Source of the DNA: Malacoraja senta
Taxonomy: Eukaryota
Assembly: GCA_038087875.1 (NCBI GenBank)
Contig: CM075979.1
Span: forward strand, 10,230,001 to 10,294,000
Reading direction: 5' to 3'
Length of the DNA: 64,000 nt
Positions 11,631 to 24,389 of this stretch are shown here, piece after piece. The notes beneath the pieces are model-generated. The model made no database searches. It worked only from the letters and a program-made list of their open reading frames with translations, and was not told the origin of the DNA. The position numbers and the translations under genes were made by a program. Position 1 is the first letter of the stretch. Every line of letters starts with the position of its first letter.

Positions 11631-12190
11631 CTTATCGGATGTATACTCCATCTTCCAACCTATCTTGTTGTGGCCCCTGCACATTAAAAAAAAAATGCAC
11701 TTTCCCTACAATGGTACCATTATATTTTACACTCTGTTTTCTTTCTTTTTTGATCTACCTGTTGCACTCACCATATAGAAGATAGACACAAAATACTGGA
11801 GTAACTCAGTGGGACAGGCAGCATCTCTGGATAGAAGGAATGGGTGATGTTTCGGGTCGAGACCCTCCTTCAGACTGAGAGTCAGGGTAGAGGGAGACAC
11901 AGAGATATGGAAGGGTGAGGTGTGAAAACTCACTATATAATTTGCCCGGATTGCACACAAAACAACGTTTTCAATGTTTCTCAGGACACATAACAATAAT
12001 AGACAAATACCAATATTTTCTCTGTAAAAAGAACTTTCCTCTTCTCTCCCCCAGTCTTTCTAGTTATTTTTTTAAATCCAACCCATCTGTAAAGAGGAAT
12101 AGGCTTTTACACATCATTATGAAATTTCATCTCAGCCTCGAAGTTTCCAAAAATAACAAACCCCAGACTTGTCAATTATACCCAATTGTT

Positions 12191-12521
12191 TTTTTTTGGT
12201 TTTAAAAAAAATAATAATGTTTATTGATTAGAAGTACATTAAATTACAATCAATTACATTAATACACACCACGGATATCTTATTACATTTAATGTACCCC
12301 TTCATTTTTTAAAGCTATTAAAAAAAGATTGAAATTGAGAAAATAGAGAAAGTGAAAGAAAATAGTGTTAGTGTAAAAGCATGACGAAAGGAAAGATGAA
12401 AGACCCTTTAGACAAGAAATTAGAGAAAGGAAATTAAGAGATAGACCCTAGGAAAGAAAAAAGAGAAAGAAGAAAAAAGAGAAAGACAGATACTCTATTA
12501 TGAAGGGATATACCAGCTCGC
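12191..12521 (-). mobile_element. L1/Tx1-type LINE 3' UTR with poly(A)
   Basis: 18-bp TSD caattatacccaattgtt (12173-12190, 12522-12539), AATAAA and A-tail on the minus strand; same family at 36755-36940 and 50743-51030. Confidence 0.8.
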
Positions 12522-12685
12522 CAATTATACCCAATTGTTAAGCGTCATCATTACCAACACATTACATAGGCACAGAAGTTGAATCTGCTTGTAGCAGCAT
12601 CTATTACCACATCTGGTCACAGCCTTTCTGACAACATATCAGAACATAGAACATAGAACAGTAAAGAACAGCAACAGGTCCTTTG

Positions 12686-13019
12686 ACATTGTGTCTTCCC
12701 CCACAGTGGTAACCATTGTGGGGGGATGATTTTGTGTGTAGTGTGAAGTGTCTATGTTAGTCTATGTCCAAGATGGCGGTCGGAAGGGAGAGTGTACGCT
12801 GGCGCGGTTTGGCTGCCGCTGCTCTCCCTTCACATTGTGTTTCTGAATTTTGTTGTTGTCTTTTTTGGATCAAATTTCTGTCTTTAATTTGTGTATTGGT
12901 GATGTCTTTATAACTTATTTTACTCTGATTATATGTTTCTTTGTTAAATTTTGTAAGGTGTCCTTGAGACTTTTGTATAGGCGCCCTTAAATAAAATCTA
13001 TTATTATTATTATTATTAT
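12686..13019 (+). mobile_element. L2-like retroelement 3' end with (ATT)n tail
   Basis: gtaaggtgtccttgag...ggcgcccttaaataaaat followed by (ATT)n; inserted into a CR1 tail. Confidence 0.55.
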
Positions 13020-13371
13020 AATGTCCATGCCGAACATGATGCCAAGTTGAACTAATCTCCTCTCCCTGCATGTGATCCATATCCATCCATACCCTGTCCA
13101 TTCATGTTCCTATCTTAAACCCTCTTAATCCCCCTATACACCCTGCCTCCACCACCAATTCCAGAAGCACGTTCCAGGCACCGACCACTCTCTGGGTAAA
13201 TAACTTGCTCCGCACATCTCCGTTAAACTTTGCTCTTCTCATCGTAAAGATACGCCCTCTAGTCTTTGACATTTCAACACTGGGAAAACGGCTCTGTCAG
13301 GTATGAAAGGTTCATTGTTTCTCCTTACGCAGTGCTGTCTGACCTGCTGTGTATTTCATACATTTACACAG

Positions 13372-13664
13372 CATGGTGGCACAGCGGTAGAGTTGCTGCC
13401 TTACAGCGCCAGAGACCCGGGTTTGACCCTGACTACGGGCGCTGTCTGTACGGAGTTTGTATGTTCTCCCCGTGACTTGCCTGGGTTTTCTGCGGGTACT
13501 CCGATTTCCTCCCATATTCCCAAGGAGTACAGGTTTATAGGTTAATTGCCTTGTAAGTTAATTGTAAATTATCCCAAGTGTAGTGTAGGCGTGCAGGGTT
13601 CGCTGGTCAGCGTGGACTCGGTGGTGTGAAGGACCTGTTTCTGCGCTGTATCTCTAAACTAAAC
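13372..13664 (+). mobile_element. V-SINE (HE1-like)
   Basis: Head, V-domain and ctaaactaaact tail. Confidence 0.88.
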
Positions 13665-13909
13665 TCAACTACTGTTCTCATCCACAGAGGATGAAAGGAT
13701 AAAATGTATGAGATAAGGATAGGTTGAATTGTGAAGAGAGAGGAAAGAATGCAGGTGGAAGGGGAGGGGGAGGGTGAAGGGGAAAAATGGGTGCAAAACC
13801 GCATAGGACACAGAGAAGAGAGGGTGAGGAGAAGAAACAACAGGGGTTGTAGGTTCGTTACCTAAAATTGGAGAATTCAATGTTCATACCGTTAAATTGA
13901 ATGGACATC

Positions 13910-14285
13910 ATTGAAAATTACTGAATAGTTAAAGGCCTGTATACAGTGGATGTGGAAGGATGTTTCCAATAATGGGAGAGTCTAGGACTAGAGGTCATAG
14001 TCCCATAATTAAAGTATGTTTCTTTAGGAAGGAATTGAGGAGGAATTTCTTTAGTCAGAGGGTGGTGAATCTGTGGAATTCTTTGCCACAGAAGGCTGTG
14101 AAGGCCATCAACGGATATTTTTAAGCAGAGATAGATTTTTGATTAGTACGGGTGTCAGGGGTTCTGGGGAGAAGGCAGGAGAATGAGATTAGGAAAGAGA
14201 GAGATAGATCAGCCATGACTGAATGGCGGAGCAGGCTCGATGGGCCAAATGACCTAACTCTGCTCCTATCACTTATGACCTTATG
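13910..14285 (+). mobile_element. CR1 LINE 3' fragment
   Basis: ttctttagtcagagggtggtgaatctgtggaatt...gatcagccatgactgaatggcggagc tail. Confidence 0.85.
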
Positions 14286-14287
14286 AG

Positions 14288-14960
14288 ATTGTGATCCAAG
14301 TGGAATATGAGGTGCTATTCCTCCAGTTTGCATGTGGCCTCAATCTGGCACAATAGACGGCCCAGGACAGGAAGGTGAGCATTGGAATGGGAAGAGTAGT
14401 TAAAATGGTTGGGAACTGGAAGATGCAACAGGTCTTGGCGGACCGGGCACAAGTGTTTGGCGAAACAGTCGCTGAGTCTACGCTTGGTCTTGCCAAGATA
14501 AGGAGGCCTCACCGGGTACACTGAATGCAGCAGATGAGGTTAGAGGAAGTGCACATAAACCTCTGCCTCAAATGGACGGACCGCTGGAGTCCCTGGATGT
14601 ACAGCATGTGAGGGGACTGGTGTCAGCGGTTGCAGGAGAAAGTACTTGGGGAGGGGTTAGTTTGGGTGGGAAGGGATGAGTGAAACAAAGCGTTGCAGTG
14701 GGAGTGATCTCTGTAGAAGGCAGAAAGGGGTGGGAATGGGAAGATGTGACTAGTGGTGGGATCATGTTGAAGATGGCAGAAATGTCGGAGAATAATGTGT
14801 TGGATGTGGAGGCTGGGGGGGTAAAAGGTGAGGCCCGGGGGAACTCTATTCTTGTTCGAGGGGAGGGGGAGCTAGACCCGAACTACTGGACACAGAGGAG
14901 ACGTGGGTGAGGGATCCATCTTTGACAGCAGGAGGAAACCACGTTTACTAAAGAAAGATC
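14288..14960 (-). pseudogene. Penelope-like element GIY-YIG endonuclease region (degenerate)
   Basis: YLGKTKRRLSDCFAKHL..VRQ...LPVPNHFN.SSHS....VLG...EATCKLEE, plus the upstream DPTTSHIFP linker. Confidence 0.85.
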
Positions 14961-15137
14961 CTAAGTTCATAGGTTTTTAGGAGCAGAATTAGGCCATTCA
15001 GCCCATCACAGCACAGTAATTCACCACATGGTCCAGTGTTAAAAATGCATTCCAAATCTTTGCCCATGTTGCCAACTAATCCTTTTCTTTGCTGCATTCC
15101 CTGCTTTTGCTCAGAACTCTTATCAGTTCATAAGCTC

Positions 15138-15968
15138 ATAGGTTTATAACAAGAGGAATCGAATATCGGAGCAAAGAGGTCCTTCTGCAGTTGTACAGAG
15201 TCCTAGTTGTACAGAGCACACCTGGAATATTGTGTGCCCTAATTTGGTCCCCTAATTTGAGGAAGGACATTCTTGCTATTGAGGGAGTGCAGCGAAGGTT
15301 TACAAGGTTAATTCCCGGGTTGGCGGGACTGTCATATGCTGAGAGAATAAAGCAGCTGTGCTTGTACACTCTGGAGTTTAGAAGGACGAGAGGGTATCTC
15401 ATTGAAACATATAAGATTGTTAAGGGTTTGGACACGCTAGAGGCAGGAAACATGTTCCCAATGTTGGGGGAGTCCAGAATCAGGGGCCACAGTTTAAGAA
15501 TAAGCAGTAAGCCAATTAGAATGGAGACGAGGAAACACTTTTTCTCACAGAGAGTGGTGAGTCTGTGGAATTCTCTGCCTCAGAGGGTGGTGGAGGCAGG
15601 TTCTCTGGATGCTTTCAAGAGAGAGCTAGATAATACTCTTAAAAATAGCGGAATCAGGGGATATGGGGAGAAGGCAGGAATTCCCTCCCCTCAGTCTTGC
15701 TCCCCCTCCCCTCAGAAGGAACAAGAATAGAGTTCCCCCGGTCCTCACCTTTTACCCCACAAGCCTCCGCACCCAACACATCATTCTCCGACATTTCTGC
15801 CATCTTCAACATGATCCCACTACTAGTCACATCTTCCCATTCCCACCCCTTTCTGCCTTCTACATTGGGGATGATCAGCCATGATCACATTGAATGGCGG
15901 TGCTGGCTCGAAGGGCCGAATGGCCTACTCCGGCACCTATTGTCTATTGTCTTATTGTCTATTGTCTA
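15138..15968 (+). mobile_element. CR1 LINE 3' fragment with an embedded Penelope fragment (15681-15862)
   Basis: KDILAIEGVQRRFTRLIPG...FFSQRVVSLWNSLP; the tail resumes at attggggatgatcagcc and ends (CTATTGT)n. Confidence 0.9.
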
Positions 15969-16322
15969 TAAGTTCTAGGAGCAGAATTAGGCCATTCAAC
16001 CCATCAAGTCTACTCCGCCATTCAATCATGGCTGATCTATCTTTCCCTCTCAACCCCATTCTCCTGCCTTCTCCCCATAACCCCTGACACCCGCACTAGT
16101 CAGGAATCTGTCAATCTCCGCCTTGGGGATATCCATTGACTTTGCTTCCACAGCCGTCAGTGGCAATGAACTCCACAGATTCACCACCCTCTGACTAAAG
16201 AAATTCCACCTCCACACCTTTCTAAAAGTATGTCCTTATATTCTGTGGCTGTGGCCTCTGGTCCTAGACTCTCCCATTAGCGGAAACATCATCTCCACAT
16301 CCACTCTACCCAGGCCTTTCAT
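15969..16322 (-). mobile_element. CR1 LINE 3' fragment
   Basis: Reverse complement of the CR1 tail (ggagcagaattaggccatt...ttcaccaccctctgactaaag). Confidence 0.85.
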
Positions 16323-17276
16323 TATTCAGTAGGTTCCCATGAGGTGTGTCCCCCCCCCCCCCCCCCCTCCACCTCCTATACTCCAGCGCGTTTGTCCTCG
16401 ATGTCCTGGAATGCAAAGCCTCAACTTGGGAACAGTTGCGGTGGTGATGGAGATGTATAGTTTCATGGCAATGAATCTCTGCCATGGTCCCTGCTTTTTG
16501 CTATAATTTAAGATTCCTGAGGTGCAGAGCGAGTCCCGTTTATGGAGCTGAGGCAAGGCAGATGTTCATTAAACCTGCTTTAACCGGGTCCTTGTTTATC
16601 AATCAAACTGATTACTTTTTTTTTTTGCTTGGAGCATTAAGTGGCCAAGAGCTATTCTGACTGCGTGGCAATTAATTTATCGACACTGGGCAAATCAATA
16701 TGATGCAGAGTCGTCGCACTTTGGCAGCCTGACTTCCAATGAAGAAGGGGGTGGATCAGTAGAAAGGGCTCCTTTCCTGTTTAATAAGCTTCACGCACCA
16801 TTTATACTGTCAGCTTATTCTGAGGGTCCCTGGAGGGAAATCATTTTGCATCACAGTCCATCTGTCTCAATCCCTGTTTGCAGCATGATTTCAAATTGTT
16901 TTAAAACCATTCAGCGTGGGAACTGATCTGCTCCCCAAAGCAGAGGCGGCATGAGGAAGGTGGATGTAGCTGGACCGATGACAGAGACTGATGGTTACGC
17001 AGACAGGTGGGCGGATAGCAGGAGGGGGGAATGTGAGACACAAAGAGACTGCAGATGCTGGAATCTCGAGCTAAACAAGAAACCCAGCGGGTCAGGCAGC
17101 ATACGTGGAGGCAAATAGACAAACAACGTTTCAGGAGTCGGAAGAAGAGTCCCGACCTGAAACGATATCTGCCAGTCTGAAGAAGGGCCCCAACCTAAAA
17201 CGCTGTCCGTTTCCCTCTACAGATGCTACCTGATTCACTGAGTTCCTCCCGAAGTTTGCAGAAAGGTCAGCAGAAA

Positions 17277-17560
17277 GGGCGGCACGGTGGCGCAGCGGTA
17301 GAGTTGCTGCCTTACAGCTCCTGAGACCCGGGTTCGATCCTGACCACGGGTGCTGTCTGTAAGGAGTTTGTACGTTCTCCCTGTGACTGCGTGAGGTGAT
17401 CCAGTTACCTCCCACACTCCAAAGATGTACAGTTTTGTAGGTGAAGTGGCTTCAGTAAAATTGTATAAACCTATCCCTAGTGCGTGTCAGATAGTGTGAG
17501 TGTACGGGGGCGATCACTGGTCGGTGCAAAATTGGCTGGCCGAAAGGCCTATTCTAAGTT
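17277..17560 (+). mobile_element. V-SINE with intact Pol III A box (TGGCGCAGCGG) and B box (GGTTCGATCC)
   Basis: A box 17288-17298, B box 17331-17340, followed by the V-domain. Confidence 0.9.
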
Positions 17561-18160
17561 TTATATTCTAAGACCTTCCATTTTCCTGTCCGTTTTAATA
17601 TTACTATCTGACTCAACTATTTTTTTAAATGAAGGTCCTGTGAAGATTCTTGGGATATTTTGCCACGTTTAAGCTGCTGTATAAGTGCAAGGTCCCCATT
17701 GTTAGTTTCACTTTTTTACCCACTCTTAATGTTGGCATTTCATGGCAGCGAATGCCCCAGTGGCTGGGCAGTGCTGGCATGTGGTTTATTGGCAAGAAGG
17801 AAGGGAGTACATGCACCATGTAATACTGAAGCTGTCAGTCCTTTGCTTTATGCCTCTGGTTCATAATGTTATCAAGGAGAAGTCAGATGCTGTATTTCCA
17901 AACAAGAATATTTTATTTTACGAGCATTTTTACTGTCTTGGGTCATGCTCCTCTCTCATCTTTCACCATGACTAAAACCACTTGTGGATTTAATAATGGG
18001 GAAGGTTCTGTCGATGAACTAGATGCTACTGTGTGCAAGTGTATTTCCTATTTTAGTCCGAGGTTACTAAATGATTGGGTGCAGAGTTCCTGGAAGAGGT
18101 CTTAATAATTTTTTCCTTCTCAACATCCCTGCTGCTCAGACCAGACCACTCAGAATTCTG

Positions 18161-18717
18161 TGTAAGAAGGAACTGCAGATGCTGGTTTATACCGAAGATA
18201 GACACAAAAAGTTGGATTAACTCAGCGGGTCAGGCAGCATCTCTGGAGATAAAGAATTAGTGATGGAATTTTGGGTTGGAACCCTTCTTTCCCCTCTCAC
18301 CATAAACCTCTGCCCTATAGTTCTCGTTTCCCCAATCCTGGGTAAAAGATTGTGTGCATTACCTTATCTATTCCTCTCATGATATTACACACCCCTATAA
18401 GATCACCCATCAGTCTCCGATGGTTCAAGGAATAAAGTTATGCCCTGCCCGACCTCTCCCTATCAGTGGTGTAGGAAGGAACTGCAGATGCTGCTTTCCA
18501 CTGAAGATAGACCCAAAATGCTGGAGTAACTTAACGGGGTCAGACAGCATCTCTGGAGAAAAGGAATAGGTGCCGTTTTAGGTCAGAACTCTTTTTCAGA
18601 CTGAAAGGCATTTCGTGTCAGAACCCTTTCAGTCTGAAGAGGCTCCAACCCGAAACATCACCTATTTATTTTCTCCAGAGACGCTGTCTAACCCGCTGAG
18701 TTACTCCAGCATTTAGT
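18161..18717 (-). mobile_element. Composite Penelope pLTR unit containing a CR1 fragment
   Basis: pLTR, CR1 piece (~18290-18465), pLTR, inverted pLTR, all flanked by the 16-bp direct repeat accactcagaattctg (18145-18160, 18718-18733). Confidence 0.75.
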
Positions 18718-19244
18718 ACCACTCAGAATTCTGATGTCCTATTTGATCTTGATCTGAATTTCCCACCCTATATCCTTTCATCACAAAGGCTGCCTATTGT
18801 TAACTCTACAACATCTCCCCCTACGTCTCAGATTATCTTTTGCTGAAACTCTTTGTTATTTCCAATGGCTCAAGTGCTCTGTGACAGTTGATCTGGGAAT
18901 CATCTACTACAAACTTGTCTATGGATCCTACAGGCTATTTCCTAGTTTACATCAAATATTAGTTGTGCATGAGATTGTCCGTGCCATGTCTTGGCGATGT
19001 TGAAACAAACTTTTTATGTGGTTTGACACCGTGGACAAGTTTGTTGTTTGGAGTAGGTCAGGGTAGTAGAATAACTCTTGACTTTTCTACTCCCCATTAC
19101 CTACTCTAATCTCACCCCCAGTCTGAAGAAGGGTCCCGACCCAAAACGTCACCTATCCTTTTTCTTCAGAGATGCTGCCTGACCCGCTGAGTTACTCCAA
19201 CACTCTGTGTCTGTCTTTGGTATAAACCAGCATCCACAGATCCG

Positions 19245-19741
19245 AGCCGCGCCAATCATCGATCACTCGTACACTAGTTCTATGCTACACACTAGGGACA
19301 ATTTGCAGAAGCCAATTAACCTACAAACCTACACATCTTTGGAGTGTGGGAGGAAACCGGAGCACCTGGAGAAAACCCATGTGGTTGGACGAACCAACTC
19401 CATGCAGACAGCACCCGGGGTCAGGATCGAATCCGGGTTTCTGGCACTGTAAGTCAGCAACTAACCTCACAGTTCCAGTGACCTCGGGTGCTGTCTGTGC
19501 GGAGTTTGCACATTCTCCCTGTGACCATGTGGGTTTTCTTCGGGCGCTCCGGTTTCTACCCACATTCCAAAGATGTGCAGGTTTGTAGGTTAATTGGTCT
19601 CTGTAAATTGCCCCAAGAGTGTAGAATGTGAAAGTGGTGTAACATACAACAAGTGTGCGGGCAATCAATGGTCGGGTTGGACCTGCTATTTCCATGCTGT
19701 ATCCCTAAACAAACTAAACTAAACTAAGCCACTGTGCTGCC
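19245..19741. mobile_element. Two V-SINEs: a plus-strand copy nested in the head of a minus-strand copy
   Basis: The minus copy is interrupted at ~19463 and resumes as gccactgtgctgcc at 19728 after the plus copy's (CTAAA)n tail. Confidence 0.75.
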
Positions 19742-20049
19742 ATGAAGAAATGTCTTCAGATGAGCATTTTGTCCCCAGTTGCAGAATGTAATTTTGTATA
19801 TGAAGTTAGAATTGACGGCAGTACAATAAATCGGAGAAGGAGTCAGCCTTGCATCAGGAATCACAACAAACAATATCCATTAACTCAATGAGCAGCTAAT
19901 AACATCTACTTAATCAGGTGGTGTGTGAGACATGGACAACAAAATGTAGGACCAACGCTACATTTAAGTTCTAGTTTTTTTGCACCTAGCAAGTTGCTGT
20001 GGATGATGGATATTTACATATTGTAAATAATGTGCACCACATCAATACC

Positions 20050-20375
20050 TGTACCTGCCTCAACCACCTCCTCCAGCAGCTCGTTCCATACACCCACCAC
20101 CCTTTGTGTAAAAAAGTTACACCTCGGTTCCTATTAAATCTTTCCCCCACTCACCTTAAACCTATGTCCTCTGGTTCTCGATTCCCCTACTCTGAGCAAG
20201 AGACTCTGTGCGTTTACCCGATCTATTCCCCTCACGATTTTGTTCACTCCGATAAGATCACCCCTCATCCTCCTGCGCTCCACGGAATAGAGTCCTAGCC
20301 TGCTCAACCGCTCCCCATAGCTCAGGCAACATCCTCATAAATCCTCTCTGCGCCCTTTTCCAGCTTGACAACATC
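20050..20375 (-). mobile_element. CR1 LINE fragment
   Basis: Reverse complement of CR1 ORF2 C-terminus, similar to 55100-55450. Confidence 0.8.
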
Positions 20376-22207
20376 TAAGAGAGATGTAGGATATTACATT
20401 AAACCTACATGTCATTGCTTTCCCAGGAATGTCTGCCTGAGATATCTTTGACCTGCTATTATCAGCAATCCTTCTCAACTGATATCTGCACCAGAACAAA
20501 CAAGTTAGACGTGTTAAAACTTTGAAAAGTTGCAACAAACTTGATTGAACAGAACTTGGAGATGTTCTTTTGAAACCCAATTCTCCAGTGTGGTTTATTT
20601 ATTACGCTGAACAATGGTGGTACAATGCAGCTGTAAAACGTTCAAGGAACTCCTGGAATTCAGTTAATTAAGCACATCAGTTTCTTAATGCGATCAATTT
20701 TAATTAAAACAAAATTTTAATTGAGATCCTACTGATCTGTGGAGAGGAGTAGTTGTTCTGTAAAGTATGTGCGACTAGTAGGCTTGCATTTCACTTCAGA
20801 TTTGCTGGCACCTAATTAAAACGGATAGATTCTCAAGCCTTTGTACTCAAGTGGTTTTCATTTCATGACTATTAATGATTTTAATGAACTGAACTAATTC
20901 AGCAGTTTCCATCTCCATGTGTTAAACCAGTGATCATCACAACTTTAGCCTTTAATCGCTTTCCATTTCCTCACGGTGCCAATTGATCAGATTCAACGAT
21001 TAGCGTTGTGGTCTAAAAAACACATCCCCAGCTCAGTAAATGAAAGCTGTACTTTACACTGCAATCGAGCCGCAGGTTATTAAATTTTACTCCAGTTGCA
21101 GGTTTGCCATTTGGAGATTCTTTCGATTGGGGTAAATTTGTCTTCCTGTGTTTGCTAATCAGCCATTCGTGATCCAATACATCGTCGCTGTGTGTTGTGC
21201 AGGATTTATTCCCTCTTCTTTTCTCTTTCTCTATCAAATTTTGCACAGTTTCTCCAAAGAAATATCTATCCGTCTCTTTATTTCTGTTTCCTTAGCTTTC
21301 AAACACTGTTCCTATCTCTCTGTCACCCTGGTGTTTTCTTTGTTTCTCTCTTTCTGACTTTGCCCGCCTCGTCTATGTCTACCGATCCGTCTTAATCAGA
21401 ATGCTCTCTGCATAATCAATGGGAGCAGTGATCTAGTGTTGTGTGACTGGGGCCTCAGTGCAGAAGCTTGACCTAATAATCCAGAGGTTGCGAGTCATCT
21501 GTGGCATATTAAGAACTAGAATTCAGATTAACTCTCTGGGATTCAATAAACTGGTCACAGTTCCATTTAGTCTGGTCTCCTTTCGGGCATTGACTCCTGT
21601 GTTCTTGGTACGCAATGCCAGCATTGCCCTCATTGCAAAAAATACAAAAATATTGCAATGGTCTGAAGAATGGTCCCGACCCAAAATGTCGCCTGTCCAT
21701 TGCCCTCCCAGATGGTGCCTGACCTGCTGAGTTCCTCCAGCACTTTGCCGTGCCATCCGTCTGCCACTGCTGAGGCCTGCCACTGCTTGGTGCCCCTGTC
21801 TCCCCAGCCTTTAGCTGCAGAGAAACTCTTGCACTCCAACCGATTACACTTCTCTGCTTCACAAATTGCTCTAAGTATCCCCTTAATTATGACTAATCGC
21901 ACTGGCCCATTATTGAGGCTGCTAACTAACCCCTAGCTCACCCACTAAACTGCGATGACCAACTAACTTCATTTCAATGGATTCGGTCACGGGCCAGTAT
22001 TTTAAATCTAATTACCAGCAAATCTCCTCTAAATGTTCTACAACCCACGTGCTCAAAGGACGGTGGAAGCAAAATTCAACAGTGTCTTTCAATGGCAGTA
22101 CATTTGCAGGGCTTTGAGGAGTGGGACTCAGAGTAGACCTGTTTCAAAGAGCCGGCTGATGTAGAGTGCTGTGTTATTCTATCATTGAACAACTACATGG
22201 AGGTGGG

Positions 22208-22645
22208 AAGACACAAAGCGCTGGAGTAAATCAGCAGGTCAGGCGGCATCCCCAGAGGACATGGATAGGTGACATTTCAGGTCGGGACACTTCTGCAGTC
22301 TAAAGAAGGGTCCTGACCCGAAACATCGTCCATCCAGGTTCTCCAGGGATGCTGAAGGTTGGCACAAATTGTTGGAGTAACTCAGCGGGACAGGCAGCAT
22401 CACTGGAGGGAAGGAATGGGTGACATTTCGGGTCGAGACCCTTCTTCAGACTTGTCCATTCCTTCTCTCCATAGATGCTGCCTGTCCCGCTGAGTTACTC
22501 CAGCATTTTGTGTATATCTTCAGTTTAAACCAGCATCTGGGGTTCCTGTCTACACATCTCCGTGGATGCTGCCTGACTGGCTGAGTTACTGCACATTTGG
22601 TGTCTTTTCTTGATAAACCAACATTTGCAGCTCCTTGGTTCTACA
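22208..22645. mobile_element. Nested Penelope pLTR palindromes
   Basis: Outer palindrome 22208-22352/22557-22645 with an inner palindromic pLTR unit at ~22357-22556. Confidence 0.7.
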
Positions 22646-23779
22646 TGGATGTGGGCTTCAGTGAGAGCATGGAAACAGGCTCTTCGGCCCACCCAGTCAA
22701 GTACCTATTTTACATTTGTCCTACCCCTGAGCCATTTTCTTCTCCTCACATTCCTATCTACTCCCCTCAGATTCTACCAGTCACCTACACACTTGGGGCA
22801 ACTTACAACAGCCAATTAACCCGCAGACCCAAGGTTCTTGGGATGTTGGAGGAAACTGGAGGACCTGGAAGAAACCCACACAATCATCAGGAGATGTGCA
22901 GACTCCACACAGACAGGACCTGTCAGAATCGACCCTGGGTCATTGGAGCTTGAGGCAGCAGCTCTACTCACTGTACAATTTGTTGTCCCATGAGCTACTT
23001 ACACTCTCTATACCAATAAATATCACTCCTAATTGAGTTCACTCCGATTAAATGTGCGGTGTGCATGTCAGTCCGGCACTGAGGTGCTTCATCTGTTTCT
23101 CTCAAAGCACTTAATATTATCGGGAGATAAACTATCTTGTTGGTTTATATCAGCGATGCACGTCATCACCTTTTGGGCATCCGTTTCCCAAATAGAGTGC
23201 TTCGGGGAACATAGTTTCATAAGTTATAGGTACAAAATTAGGCCATTCAGCCATGATCACATTGAATGGTGGTGCTGGCTCGAAGGGCCGAATGGCCTAC
23301 TCCTGCACCTATTGTCTATTGTCTATTGTCAACCCATCAAGTTTATCCCGCCATTCAATAATGGCTGATCCATCTTTCCCTCTCAACCCCAATTTCTTGA
23401 ATCTATCGATCTCTGCCTTAAAAATATCCACTGACTGCCTCCGCAACCTTCTGTGGCAATGAATTCCATAGATTCACTACCACAGATTCAACATGGAGAG
23501 GGGGTGGTGGGTGAGGAAATGCGAGGGAGAGTTAAAAATAAAATAGGAATAAATATAACTGCTGATTAAGAAAAAAATCTCCGAAGTCTATCGTGAGGCT
23601 TCACCGCTCTCTTCAGATGTCAGCGATACCAGCGGAACCTGGAGCAAATGAAAGGTTTGTGTGCAGTGGCGAATGCGGACAATTGGCTGGAGCTGTTCAT
23701 ACTCTTGGGTAGAAGTTTAAAATGGACTAAACTGTGGAATAATTCGAAAGGCGCCTTACTGGGAGAAATTAAACAAACG

Positions 23780-24112
23780 TTTAGTTTAGCTCAGTTTAGT
23801 TTAGAGATACAGTGCAGAAACAGGCCCTTCGGCTCACCGAGTCCACGCCGACCAGAGATCCCCGCACATTAACACTGCCCTACACACACTAGGGACAATT
23901 TTACATTCATACATTTACCAAGACAATTTGTACAAATTTATACAATTTGTACAAATTGTACAAATACAATTTTTATACAAATACAATTTGTACAAATCTA
24001 CAAATTTGTACGTCTTTGGGGTGTGAGAGGAAACCAAAGATCTCGGAGAAAACCCATGCAGGTCACGAGGAGAACGTACAAACTCCATACAGTCAGCCCC
24101 CGCAGTCAGGAC
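23780..24112 (-). mobile_element. V-SINE with internal tandem expansion
   Basis: Tail and V-domain present; repeated ATTTGTACAAAT-like units at 23924-24010. Confidence 0.85.
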
Positions 24113-24389
24113 CACTGTGGCGTCACACCCCCCCCCCCCCCCTTTGTGGGCAAAGAGTTCTCGGAGAAAAATAAACTGCCGCAGCCTGGATGTTGATATG
24201 AATCTAAAACAGTGTTAAACCATGTTCCTAAAGTAACATGGGGAGGAAACTATGCAGTGTTAGGTGAACATTACCCTAGAAATTACAGGAAGGTCCATTA
24301 GCTTATGGAGACTTTACCAGATTGCTGTGATATCCTGCTGTTGCAATTGAAGCATTAAACTCTTGTTTTAAATAGAATTCATTAAAAGG

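Noticed and set aside
17277-17345. tRNA genes
   Set aside because: The A/B boxes are SINE heads that continue into the V-domain and LINE tail; there is no complete cloverleaf or terminator
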